The notes under the pieces are model-generated. The model ran no database searches. It saw only the letters and a list, made by a program, of their open reading frames with translations, and was not told the origin of the DNA. The translations under genes and the position numbers were made by a program. From NCBI GenBank assembly GCA_963835925.1, contig CAWIHH010000004.1:83358-147357 (forward strand): DNA of 64,000 nucleotides, written 5' to 3'. Below are positions 55,034 to 63,616 of this stretch, one piece after another (the stretch's first letter is position 1; each line of letters opens with the position of its first letter). Source of the DNA: Candidatus Bathyarchaeota archaeon (GTDB taxonomy: Archaea > Thermoproteota > Bathyarchaeia > 40CM-2-53-6).

Positions 55034-56656
55034 TTAGGTTTTTGTTGGGTGTTTGCGGCGTAACAAGTACACACCAACAGCCACGACAGCTACCGCGACG
55101 ACCGCCGCAACTATCAAAGTATTGCTGGGCGCGCCCGTTACGATGGGTTTAGTCGTAGTCTCGCTGGAAGTCATCGCCTTTGCCGTAGTGAGACGAGTAA
55201 TGCCCTGCGACGGCAATGTGATTACGAAGTTCTGTTGCCTCGTGTAGGTGCTGTTCGACAACTGCTGGACGTGAATGCTGAGGTTACTTCGCTGGCCACT
55301 CGAGGCCGTAACGGTCACCGTGTAGTAACCAGCAAACCCACGAAAACCAATCTGACCCTTATCATCAGTCAACGCGCTGCCCTTCGTCCTGAACATTTGC
55401 ATCAACCCCAGAAAGACGGAATATGATTGTCTCAGATCGCCGCCCTGTGTGAAAAGACCCATTTCATCAAATTCACCCGCCTTTCCCTGCGTTTGAATGT
55501 CAACCATAGTTAGGAGATGATCACCTAAGGTGTTGTCCATTCCGAACGGAAGCGTAGCCATGTACTTCACCCAGTCCGCTTGCATGGTTTCATCATAGGT
55601 CGTCCCCCACGCCGTCCAATGGCAACTTTGACAGTCGTATGCCGGGTAGCCTCCTTCCTGAATGAAGACTCCCTTGCCGAGGCTTTGCAGTTGCTGAATC
55701 TTTGCTTTATAGAATGAAGGTGTGTGATTCTCATTCTCGTTGGGCGGACCACCCGGATAGGCTTCGACAGAGAACCCGTCCACTCGAAGACCGCTGACGA
55801 GAGCCATGTGAGCAAAATCATAGGGCGAAAAATGTCCACGTGAAGCAACATAGCGCCCCGCATAGGAACTCCCGCTCAAGTCAAAACCAACCATCAAGAG
55901 AACCTTCGCATCCTGCTGTGCATCTCTAATTGCTTGAACCTCAACCCGGTCGACATCGATAGAGTTCTGCATATTTCCCATCAGAACTGTCCAAGATGGG
56001 TCTAGGTCAGGTTCCGTCTCCGTAATCCAATAGTCCACCATGTTTCCATAACGCTTCACGTTCTGGTAGACGTAATCATACAAATCCTTCTTGAACTGGT
56101 CGAAGACAGCGGGATTTGACAATTGTTGCATGTTAGCCCAGGCTGGATAGCTCGGATACGGATCATAGGGATCCGCCTCGGCGAGAGTGCGAAAGACTAT
56201 GATGAAACGCGCCGTGGGGCAGAGGCTGCGTTCTTGTTTGAAAGGGTTGTCATACGCATCCCAACGGTAGACGCCTCTTTGAGGCTCGACTTGGGGCCAT
56301 TGGTTCCAGATCAACTTTATCGTGGCGTTCATGAATGTACACAAATCGCTGTAGGTTTTTTGGGCCTGAGGATTATTCTCGGCTGCTCTGGCAAATCCCT
56401 CAAAACCGAACTTGAAATCGTGGCTGGTCTGTTGGTAGGAGACATTCAGATTCTTGACCGGATGGCCCGACGAGTCCAGAACGGTAATGGTAACACCATT
56501 CTTGCGATGCTGCTCAATATACTGCAACGCCTGCTGATACGCAGCCTCCTCTTGAGTCAGGTCAGGAGGTTGCCCCCAAACTCGAAACGGAATCACACCC
56601 ACCAGAACCAGTGTTATCAGACAAATCGCGAGAACGAGCTTCCAGTGAAAGGACAA
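55034..56656 (-). CDS. Secreted TIM-barrel glycoside-hydrolase-like protein (GH10/GH5-like) with beta-sandwich domain, S/T stalk and C-terminal TM anchor
   Basis: Signal peptide; FKFGFEG...WNQWPQVEPQRGVYRWD motif; carboxypeptidase-regulatory-like segment (GFAGYYTVTVTASSG); TM helix plus RRKHPTKT tail. Confidence 0.5.
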   Translation of the reverse strand: MSFHWKLVLAICLITLVLVGVIPFRVWGQPPDLTQEEAAYQQALQYIEQHRKNGVTITVLDSSGHPVKNLNVSYQQTSHDFKFGFEGFARAAENNPQAQKTYSDLCTFMNATIKLIWNQWPQVEPQRGVYRWDAYDNPFKQERSLCPTARFIIVFRTLAEADPYDPYPSYPAWANMQQLSNPAVFDQFKKDLYDYVYQNVKRYGNMVDYWITETEPDLDPSWTVLMGNMQNSIDVDRVEVQAIRDAQQDAKVLLMVGFDLSGSSYAGRYVASRGHFSPYDFAHMALVSGLRVDGFSVEAYPGGPPNENENHTPSFYKAKIQQLQSLGKGVFIQEGGYPAYDCQSCHWTAWGTTYDETMQADWVKYMATLPFGMDNTLGDHLLTMVDIQTQGKAGEFDEMGLFTQGGDLRQSYSVFLGLMQMFRTKGSALTDDKGQIGFRGFAGYYTVTVTASSGQRSNLSIHVQQLSNSTYTRQQNFVITLPSQGITRLTTAKAMTSSETTTKPIVTGAPSNTLIVAAVVAVAVVAVGVYLLRRKHPTKT

Positions 56657-56879
56657 ATGAAACCCGTAAATTGGACTCTAGGCTTGGCTTAAATAATTTA
56701 CCTGAATGGGCAAACACGCAGTAACCGTTAGTACGATAACTACTTTTTTCAAAACAGACCATGCGGCCCTGAACCGAGGTAATGATGCTTCGGATTACGT
56801 TCCGCTTCTTCTTGAACTCATCTTCTGCCCTTGCGTGTTTGCAGGCGTTTTCAATCGGGGGCGTTGTCGCTGGTGCAGA

Positions 56880-56979
56880 CGTGATTTGAACCGTTAGGTT
56901 GGTAGTTTTCTGTGTGTGTGTGCGCACCAGCTATACCACACACAGAGAAAAATTCCTGAACGACGACGGTTCAAATTCA
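56880..56979. repeat. Composite intergenic repeat, copy C (complete palindromic form, MITE-like)
   Basis: Outer inverted repeat TGATTTGAACCGT (56881-93) / ACGGTTCAAATTCA (56965-78). Inner 10-bp perfect stem TCTGTGTGTG / CACACACAGA around TGTGCGCACCAGCTATAC. The core is the reverse complement of copy B. Confidence 0.7.
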
Positions 56980-57043
56980 TTCAAGTGGAAGAAGAATAGG
57001 CAGGTGAGAAAAAGAAGGGAATGAACTTCTGGTGGCAGAAGGT

Positions 57044-57256
57044 CTACTCAGTCATGTCCACGATCTTTGACGTAGCGTTTTTCTTGACTGATTTGATTCC
57101 GTCCTTGCATCCTTCTTTTGAATCGTATCCTTGACCGGAAGCGATTTCTTCACCGTTTGAAGCTCTCAATCTCCACCTGAACTTACCCGCATGATCCTTG
57201 TAGATCTCATACTTTCCTAATGGCATAAACAAATCACCTCTCTTTGCTCGATTCAC
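57044..57256 (-). CDS. DUF1508 (YegP-like) protein
   Basis: GKYEIYKDHAGKFRWRLRASNGEEIASGQGYDSKEGCKDGIKSVKKNA is the YegP repeat. Probable start is the internal MPLGKYE (57226). Confidence 0.7.
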   Translation of the reverse strand: MNRAKRGDLFMPLGKYEIYKDHAGKFRWRLRASNGEEIASGQGYDSKEGCKDGIKSVKKNATSKIVDMTE

Positions 57257-57269
57257 CTACGCACTATTT

Positions 57270-57623
57270 CTAGAGTCCGCCAAGCCCCATTAGAGCTGAG
57301 AAGCCCAGGGCTGCCAGTATGACTGCTATGACGGCTAGGACGATTATTGCTACTATGCCGACGATTGCTGCTTTACCCCAACTAGCTTTGAAGAATTCTT
57401 TGATCAGTGCTATCCATACAACTAGGGTTACGAGTAGTCCAAGTAGGCCGTGAACGAATGCGCCGAGAATCGCGTTGATGATTACGCCGAGTACCACTAT
57501 CCAGATTGCGTGCATTAGACTTGCTGTCTTGCCTACGATTGCTCGTCCGACAAGCCACAGAACTGGGGCGAGGATTATTGCTCCGACGACGATCTCTACT
57601 ACTATCGCTGTTACGCTAACCAT
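57270..57623 (-). CDS. Small multi-TM membrane protein
   Basis: 117-aa ORF, almost entirely hydrophobic helices. Confidence 0.45.
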   Translation of the reverse strand: MVSVTAIVVEIVVGAIILAPVLWLVGRAIVGKTASLMHAIWIVVLGVIINAILGAFVHGLLGLLVTLVVWIALIKEFFKASWGKAAIVGIVAIIVLAVIAVILAALGFSALMGLGGL

Positions 57624-57821
57624 GATTTTTCATCGTTTTCAGGTTGGACAATTGTTGCATATAAGATGAACGAATGCAGCGCGCATTCTTATCATCTTAC
57701 AAAAAAACAATTCTTCCCTAAGATAAGTTGCCGTCAAAGCAGAGTTCAGCTAGACATTAATTAGTTCAAGTTGACACACACAATTCTGCCTTATATGCGA
57801 TCCTCTAGGAGGTGAATCGGT

Positions 57822-57992
57822 TTGGGTTTTAAGTTCAAATGTTCAGATGTCGGACTGCAATGTCCTTTTGAGACAACCGCTGACACAACAAGCGCTGTCA
57901 TCCAACAGGCAACGACTCATACAATGCAGGCCCACAGAGCTGAGGCCATGACTCTTGCCTCAAAGATCAAGGACGCAGTAAAGAAAACTTAG
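57822..57992 (+). CDS. DUF1059 small metal-binding protein (56 aa, TTG start)
   Basis: Own translation (M)GFKFKCSDVGLQCPFETTADTTSAVIQQATTHTMQAHR... matches the DUF1059 N-terminal pattern. GGAGGTGA lies 8 nt upstream. Confidence 0.65.
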   Translation: MGFKFKCSDVGLQCPFETTADTTSAVIQQATTHTMQAHRAEAMTLASKIKDAVKKT

Positions 57993-58050
57993 CTTCTCAA
58001 TTTCAAGATCCTGGTCTGCGAAAACCACCACTCTCTTTTTTTAACAAAAC

Positions 58051-58680
58051 TCAGCCGGAAACTATGAGAATTGCCCCATACATATCGAATGAGACATGTT
58101 TTCTTTGGAGGTTCAGAAGTTCCGCAATTCGTCCTCCAGTCTCATCCGTGCAGAGAAGAAACGCGCGGTCCCTGGAGCTCTCGCAGGCAAGAAGCATCTT
58201 GGCTACGTCGTCTTCGTTGAGTAGTTCTTCTGGGAGAACTTGCTTGTTTCCGGTTCCTACGGTTATCCAAGCGGTTTCGGGTGGATCCTGCTTTCTCGGC
58301 ATGTGTCTCAGCCACCTGTAGAACCGTTTCAGCGTCACCCTGTAGTCTGATTTGGTCCATTCAGCGTAATTGGACTGGTTGATTTCAGCTAGGAGCTTGC
58401 GTAGGTCTTTCTCTGTGGCTTTATCGAAATCTTTCTTGAGGATGCGAGCGATTGCTGGGAGCAGATTTAGGTATTTGATGAGCCTCGCGAGTCTGATTCA
58501 TTCACCGTGCAGGTCCCAGATGAACCGGACAATGACTTTGCGGTTATGTGGTGAGATAGTGGGGTCGTTCTTCACTCTGGCTAGGGCCAGTTCGTAGCGG
58601 TGTTTTGAGCTGTGAACGTCTAGTTGCTGCCTCAATTCGGCCTCATCCCTAGCTGGATTTCGAGCAAGCTGGTCCCTATA
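58051..58680 (-). pseudogene. Decayed tyrosine integrase (N-terminal two-thirds only; in-frame TGA at 58501-58503; no start codon; catalytic C-terminus missing)
   Basis: Own translation: YRDQLARNPARDEAELRQQLDV...ISPHNRKVIVRFIWDLHGE*IRLARLIKYLNLL...VTLKRFYRWLRHM...DRAFLLCTDETGGRIAELLNLQRKHVSFDMYGAILIVSG*. It aligns along its length with the integrase at 39032..40291 and stops just before the position of GKTGQRR. Confidence 0.75.
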
Positions 58681-58711
58681 CTAAAAATGCACTGGCTCCG
58701 AGTTAGTATTA

Positions 58712-58847
58712 TGGAGCCGGGGATGGGAATTGAACCCACCTCAGCGAATCGCTTCTATACTGCGGGTTGCGGCAAGCGTTCTGCAGCCCGCCGCCTGAAC
58801 CGTTCGGCCTTCGGTGGACCAAGGCGATTCCAAAGACCAACCCCGGC
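58712..58847 (-). tRNA. tRNA-Cys (GCA) with encoded CCA, U73 discriminator and about 60 nt of extra sequence (apparently three introns)
   Basis: Acceptor GCCGGGG/CCCCGGC, T arm GTGGG-TTCAATT-CCCAT, anticodon stem GCGGG/CCCGC enclosing CUGCAGA plus 13 extra nt. About 29 extra nt lie between the acceptor and D arm (GGCCGAACGGTTCAGGC) and about 17 extra nt in the variable region. The exonic parts resemble the archaeal tRNA-Cys sequences I recall. Confidence 0.6.
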
Positions 58848-58945
58848 GTTCCCCCGGCATCGAATCGTTCACTCAAAAGCTCTAATAAACCTGCACCTGA
58901 GGCTATCACAACTCTCACTCGAAACCGGCAAATGATCGCGAAGTC

Positions 58946-59285
58946 ATGAGATGCCTAGAAGAGGCGGATTATTTCAATGATGGTCAGAGATATGAAAGAT
59001 CATCGGAACAAATCTACTTCAAGCTATGTTCCGATCATCTTTCCCTCGAGGCCATACCCAAGAAGAGAATCCGAGTCAACTTCGCAAAGATCAGAGAGAA
59101 TCCCCCGGAGGAGTATGAATTAGTCATGTGGACCCCGCATTTCGCGGTTGTAAGGAATCAGGGCGGCCAGGAAATCACATTAGAGGCGACGGCCGCATGT
59201 TGGTCAGAAACGCCAAGTCGGAAACAATCGCAAGAGAGGCGGCTGCAGAGATGATGAGCTTAGTCCAAGAGATTTCGGGATAGGA
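58946..59285 (+). pseudogene. Small protein homologous to the C-terminal domain of the neighbouring E1-like enzyme; 1-nt frameshift near 59185
   Basis: …FAVVRNQGGQEITL / RGDGRMLVRNAKSETIAREAAAEMMSLVQEISG* parallels VLVFDFKGHEISLFGKGRMLIKNVHSENEALEISEAVTRIIGE of ORF 59994..60323. The break is at ttaga where ttaaga would restore the frame. Confidence 0.4.
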
Positions 59286-59990
59286 TCTCAAACGCGTGAT
59301 GATTCGGGCATTCTCAACAGCCCGACTCACCATTCCTTGAGTGTCCAAAGCGGTCTCAATCTCATTCAAGCGATCACGTTTTGCAGAAGTACTAGGGTTG
59401 CTCGTTGGAACGCCACAACTCGCAACGCCTGGGCGGATCGAAATCTCGTAGGTTCCGATTTTCTTCGCATATCGTTCAATCTGCAGTTTGTTCATCCCCA
59501 CCAACGGTCTGAGCACTTGCACTTGTCTTCAGCACAGAATCAGCTGAGACAATATTCTGAAGTGTCTGACTGGCTTTCTGACCGATCGCATCGCCCGTAA
59601 CAATGGCTCCACAACCCTCTCTGATCGCTATCTGCTCTGAGACTCTGAACATGATTCGCCTTGAGAGCATGCATGCAAACTTCGGCGGGCATTTGGACAC
59701 GATCTCCTGAAGGTCTGGGGAATGTGAAACCACGTAGATCTTCGTGCCTGTGATCTTCTCTTCGGAGCACACTTTTCGGATGGATTCCAAAGCAATTCCT
59801 TCAGCGGCCTGGTCGCAGAGAGGGTAGTTGTCGAAGTACGCAAAGATTGGAACAACTCCCTTTCCTGATCAGAAGCCAGGCGGCAACTGGGGAATCGATA
59901 CCCCCAGAAACAGGAACACAGCTTTCCGAGAAGCTTCAAGTCAGTAGGTTTCTTCTCGACTGCGGATGGAGCCTGCAGCGTCAAATCTTC
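59175..59990 (-). pseudogene. thiI: ThiI-like PP-loop tRNA 4-thiouridine/thiazole sulfurtransferase, fragmented by several frameshifts
   Basis: PP-loop VSGGIDSPVAAWLL (own translation near 59890); TGDAIGQKASQTLQN; RPLVGMNKLQIERYAKKIGTYEISIRP. These lie in at least three different frames. Confidence 0.7.
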
Positions 59991-59993
59991 TGA

Positions 59994-61031
59994 TCACTCG
60001 CCTATGATTCTCGTGACTGCTTCTGAGATCTCCAAGGCCTCGTTTTCGCTGTGCACATTCTTGATCAACATTCTCCCTTTTCCGAACAGGCTAATTTCAT
60101 GTCCTTTGAAGTCGAAAACCAGCACCATCGGCGTCGTCAAGACAACCTTATGTTCGCGGCCAATGGCATTGCTCAAGGTCTGCAGGTTGAGCGAGAGTGG
60201 TGTTTCTGGGTTCACGTTCGCCGTGTCCGAACCGCACAGCCACGCAAGCCGCCTCTGACGCGTTTCAACTTGAATAGGCTTAATTTGGCAAACGGGGCAG
60301 TCTGGGCGGATTCTGAAGGTCAACCGTTCGAAATTCCGACTGTGCGAAGTCGAAGATCATCAATCTTCCCTTCGATTGCGGTTCGATTCCGGCGAGGGCC
60401 TTGATGGTTTCCATGGATTGAATTGCCCCGATGATTCCAGTCGTCGCGCCGAGAACCCCTCGAGTGTCACATGTGGGAAGCTCTGCATCATTCAAACCTG
60501 GAAGAACGCATTCGAGGCATGGTGTCTCAGGACTCTTTGAGAACGGCCACGTTTCCTTCCATGCCGATGGCGCCCCCGAAAATGAACGGGGATCTTGCTT
60601 TCAACGCAGTATTTGTTGATCAAATACCGGGTCTGCATGTTGTCGAGTCCGTCAACGACGCAATCCGAGTCCCGCTAGCAATGAGGCAACGTTTTCTGAA
60701 TCAAGATTCTCAGGGATAGGCTCGACACTTGTTTCTGGGTTGATCTCTCTGATGTGACGCGCAGCTGCCTCCACTTTCGGGTACCTTAGGTCGGCCAGAG
60801 TGTAGAGAACTTGTCTGTGAAGATTATTCAGCTCAACAGTGTCTTGGTCCACCAAGCGCAACGTCCCGACTGCCGGCCAAGGTCAGAAAGAGTGCTGAGA
60901 CGCTTCCCAATCCTCCCAGGCCGACGATGGTGACCTTTGACTTCTTAGTTTCTCCTGACCAGCAACGCCTAGCTCAGGGAGAATGGTTTGCCTGACTGTA
61001 GAATTCGGAACTGATGAACTGTGAGCTCCAT
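59994..61031 (-). pseudogene. ThiF/MoeB/UbaA-type E1-like adenylyltransferase, fragmented by 4 or more frameshifts
   Basis: Pieces in different frames: MELTVHQ..FYS/RQTILPELGVAGQEKL..VTIVGLGGLGSVSALFLTLAG; LRLVDQDTVELNNLHRQVLY; CDTRGVLGATTGIIGAIQSMETIKAL; CPVC-containing C-terminal domain. Confidence 0.7.
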
Positions 61032-61086
61032 TTTGATTTCCGACTCTAATGATGTCCGTTCCGAGCTTTCAGCATATGGGTTCTTT

Positions 61087-62277
61087 TCAGGAGAGAATGA
61101 AACCAAGTCTAGCGAGGCGGTATTTGAAGTAGGGCCAAGCCAACTTCACTTGGACATCTCGGTAGCGAAGGCTGCCATCCATCAATCCGACCATCACGTC
61201 CTGAAACTTCTTGTTGTCAAAAAAGAAATGCGAAACTCGATCCATGTCATATTGCTCAAGGTAGCTCATGCATGCGATGCGATATGCAACATCAAAGTCC
61301 AGTACCGAAAGCGTTCCAGCACCTTCGCTCATACTGCGACAGAAATTCTCTGTCGAACTTTTCCTGCTCACAGGCTTCGGCAGCAACGTCCGCAGCGATT
61401 TGCCCGCCCCAGATCGAGAAGTAAATTCCTTCACCCAGCAGAGGCTCTGCGAATCCAGCGGAGTCTCCAGCCAGCAGTATTCTGTCTCTAGCTTTAGGAA
61501 CTTCTGCTGCTCCTCCCAGCGGGATCAAGTGTGCTTGAGGTTTCGGTATCTCAAACGTTTCAAGGCCGTTCACGCGTTTTGTGAAAGCCTTGAGAAGCTC
61601 CTGCCCGTCACGGAGTCTACTTAGCCTGCATCCAACGCCGACGGTTAAATGATCATTTTTCGGGAAGACCCATCCATAACCTGCTGATGAGACTCCGAAG
61701 TAGAGATCGAAGTAGCGATGGTTTCCACGAAGTCTCGAATCCCCTTCTCGCCGACATACACTTCACTCTCAATTGCGTAAACTACTTGATCGGGTTTCCA
61801 TCTCTCGTAGAATCCCCCGGTCCGCGCTGTTGGACCTCCCATGCCATCAGCACCTATAACGATCTTCGAGCGAAAATTGCCAATCGATGTGTTCACATCG
61901 ACGTGGGTCGCCCTTGCTTCCACATTTTGAACCATGGTTCCGTCCTTGAGTGTGGCTCCCGCGTCAACCGCCTTCTGCGTTAAGAGCGAGTCGAATTTGG
62001 ATCGAGAGGTCATGTATACAAGAGCGTGTTTTGTCTCGAACGTGTGAAGGTTTTCGCCCAAATGGATCCTCACTGCTTTCGCCTCGTATTCAATCAAATC
62101 ATTTGGAAGCTTGAAGTCCAATTTGGCTAAAACTTTCTGGGTGAGTCCTCCGCCACATAACTTGCTTCTTGGTAATCGTTCCTTTTCTAGAATGAGCGTG
62201 TCCAGTCCTTGTTTAGCCGCCGTTCTAGCAGCGGACGCGCCTGCGGGACCTGCTCCGACGACGATCAAGTCATACAT
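61087..62277 (-). pseudogene. Geranylgeranyl reductase family flavoprotein (archaeal lipid saturation), 2-3 frameshifts
   Basis: MYDLIVVGAGPAGASAAR...KLCGGG N-terminus (61645..62277). It continues as ...HLIPLGG...RILLAGDSAGFAEPLLGEGIYFS (61292..61573 frame) and then the 61087..61434 frame. Confidence 0.75.
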
Positions 62278-62289
62278 GGGAATCCAGTA

Positions 62290-63273
62290 TCATGGAAACT
62301 TCAGACTGAGCGAGCTGTGTGGACATGCGTCCACGCATTCCATGCACATTATGCACTCTGGGTCGTTGAACTTCTCCCAAGATAAGTCGAGGATACTAAT
62401 TTGCATAGGGCATCGCACCTCGCAGTGGGGACACTTCATGCACTTGACTGGATCCCTCTTTATTCCGGCCAAACTGTACCGTTGAAAAATCGCCATCAAC
62501 GCACCCGTGGGACAGATGTAACGACACCAAAAACGTGGAACTCCCCAAGCCGCGCCGAAGAATACAAGCAAAATGAACAATCGAACAGCCAGCAAAGGAG
62601 GGGTCCGACTTAGCTGAGCCCAAACTTCTTGAATAGTGGGCGGTCTGGCAAGGAACGATGAAAGGCCATCGCGAGCCAGCGTAAGTAGAGTCGGTATAGT
62701 GCCGAACAACGTGCCTTCAGGTGAGATAGCGATGAACGGCCCAGTCGCAAGAATTCCAAGAGCAGCTTCATAGTCTGACCCGACCCCCAAATATAGAGCT
62801 AAGCCGAGCGTTCCACTGATTAGAACCGTAACAAATAGGAGTAGATACTTGAAATTCTTCGAGGCCTTGTGAGTTCGCGGATTAACAGAATCCAATTTTC
62901 CCCCCTTTAGGGTGGTTATGGTGTCTTGGATGAACCCGATCGGGCAGACCCAACCACAGAAGGCTCTGCCAACGACGGCGCCGATCAAGAAAACGAAGCC
63001 TACCGCGATCCAGGGAAATTCGGGCTGCGACAATTCCAGTTGAATGACGTCAAGTGAACCGGAGATGGCCGAGTAGGGCGAGTTAACACTGGCAAGTATC
63101 GGCAGCGCGAACGGAATTGCCTTCAGATTCAGGTACGGGTAGATTAGAGTGAAGGCCAGGGCGTTGACCGCGAGAAGTGAAAGCAGCTGAACTATGAATC
63201 GAGGAAGCGTCCATTTGAACTTGAATCTTCTCGGATCCTCTTTTGCTGGCTGTGACAATTCGTTAGCCTTCAT
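62290..63273 (-). CDS. Membrane-bound polyferredoxin (NapH/MauN-like, two 4Fe-4S motifs)
   Basis: TM helices with CGWVCPIG and CRYICPTG motifs, plus C-terminal CMKCPHCEVRCP and CIMCMECVDACP. Confidence 0.65.
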   Translation of the reverse strand: MKANELSQPAKEDPRRFKFKWTLPRFIVQLLSLLAVNALAFTLIYPYLNLKAIPFALPILASVNSPYSAISGSLDVIQLELSQPEFPWIAVGFVFLIGAVVGRAFCGWVCPIGFIQDTITTLKGGKLDSVNPRTHKASKNFKYLLLFVTVLISGTLGLALYLGVGSDYEAALGILATGPFIAISPEGTLFGTIPTLLTLARDGLSSFLARPPTIQEVWAQLSRTPPLLAVRLFILLVFFGAAWGVPRFWCRYICPTGALMAIFQRYSLAGIKRDPVKCMKCPHCEVRCPMQISILDLSWEKFNDPECIMCMECVDACPHSSLSLKFP

Positions 63274-63518
63274 GGAAGGAGAGCAGTATAATTGCTTAGG
63301 ATCCCTGAGAGCACTTTGGATTCGCCCAGATAAAGTCCTATCATCGTTGCAGTCAACCCGACAAGTAGCATGTATGTGGCGATCGTACGTTTCAAGGGAT
63401 CACTTCGCGTTTGGCTCTGGATTTTGGTAGCGTTGAAACTCGCTGTAATTATACCTTTGGGGCGCAGCTTCGATTTGGTTACGTCGTGCAGCGGAGGCAG
63501 CAACTGCCAAGGAGCCAC
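63270..63518 (-). CDS. Small membrane protein
   Basis: 82-aa ORF overlapping the start of the polyferredoxin gene by 4 nt. One hydrophobic segment. Confidence 0.3.
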   Translation of the reverse strand: MAPWQLLPPLHDVTKSKLRPKGIITASFNATKIQSQTRSDPLKRTIATYMLLVGLTATMIGLYLGESKVLSGILSNYTALLP

Positions 63519-63616
63519 ACGTTCTCGTTGATATTAGAAGAATCAGCTAAACACATAACTCAATAAGTCTACTTCCAATTGCCACTCTCCTTTGTCGCAG
63601 GATAGTTGAGGCTTGA

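Noticed and set aside
49200-57000. Searched around cas1 for a CRISPR array (regularly spaced 25-40-bp direct repeats) and for casposon hallmarks (PolB, terminal inverted repeats, target-site duplication).
   Set aside because: No regularly spaced repeats are visible anywhere in the window. No family-B polymerase motifs appear in any listed ORF. I could not find matching inverted termini at 50.1 kb versus 54.9-55.0 kb. I therefore do not call a CRISPR locus or a casposon, only a Cas1-solo module.
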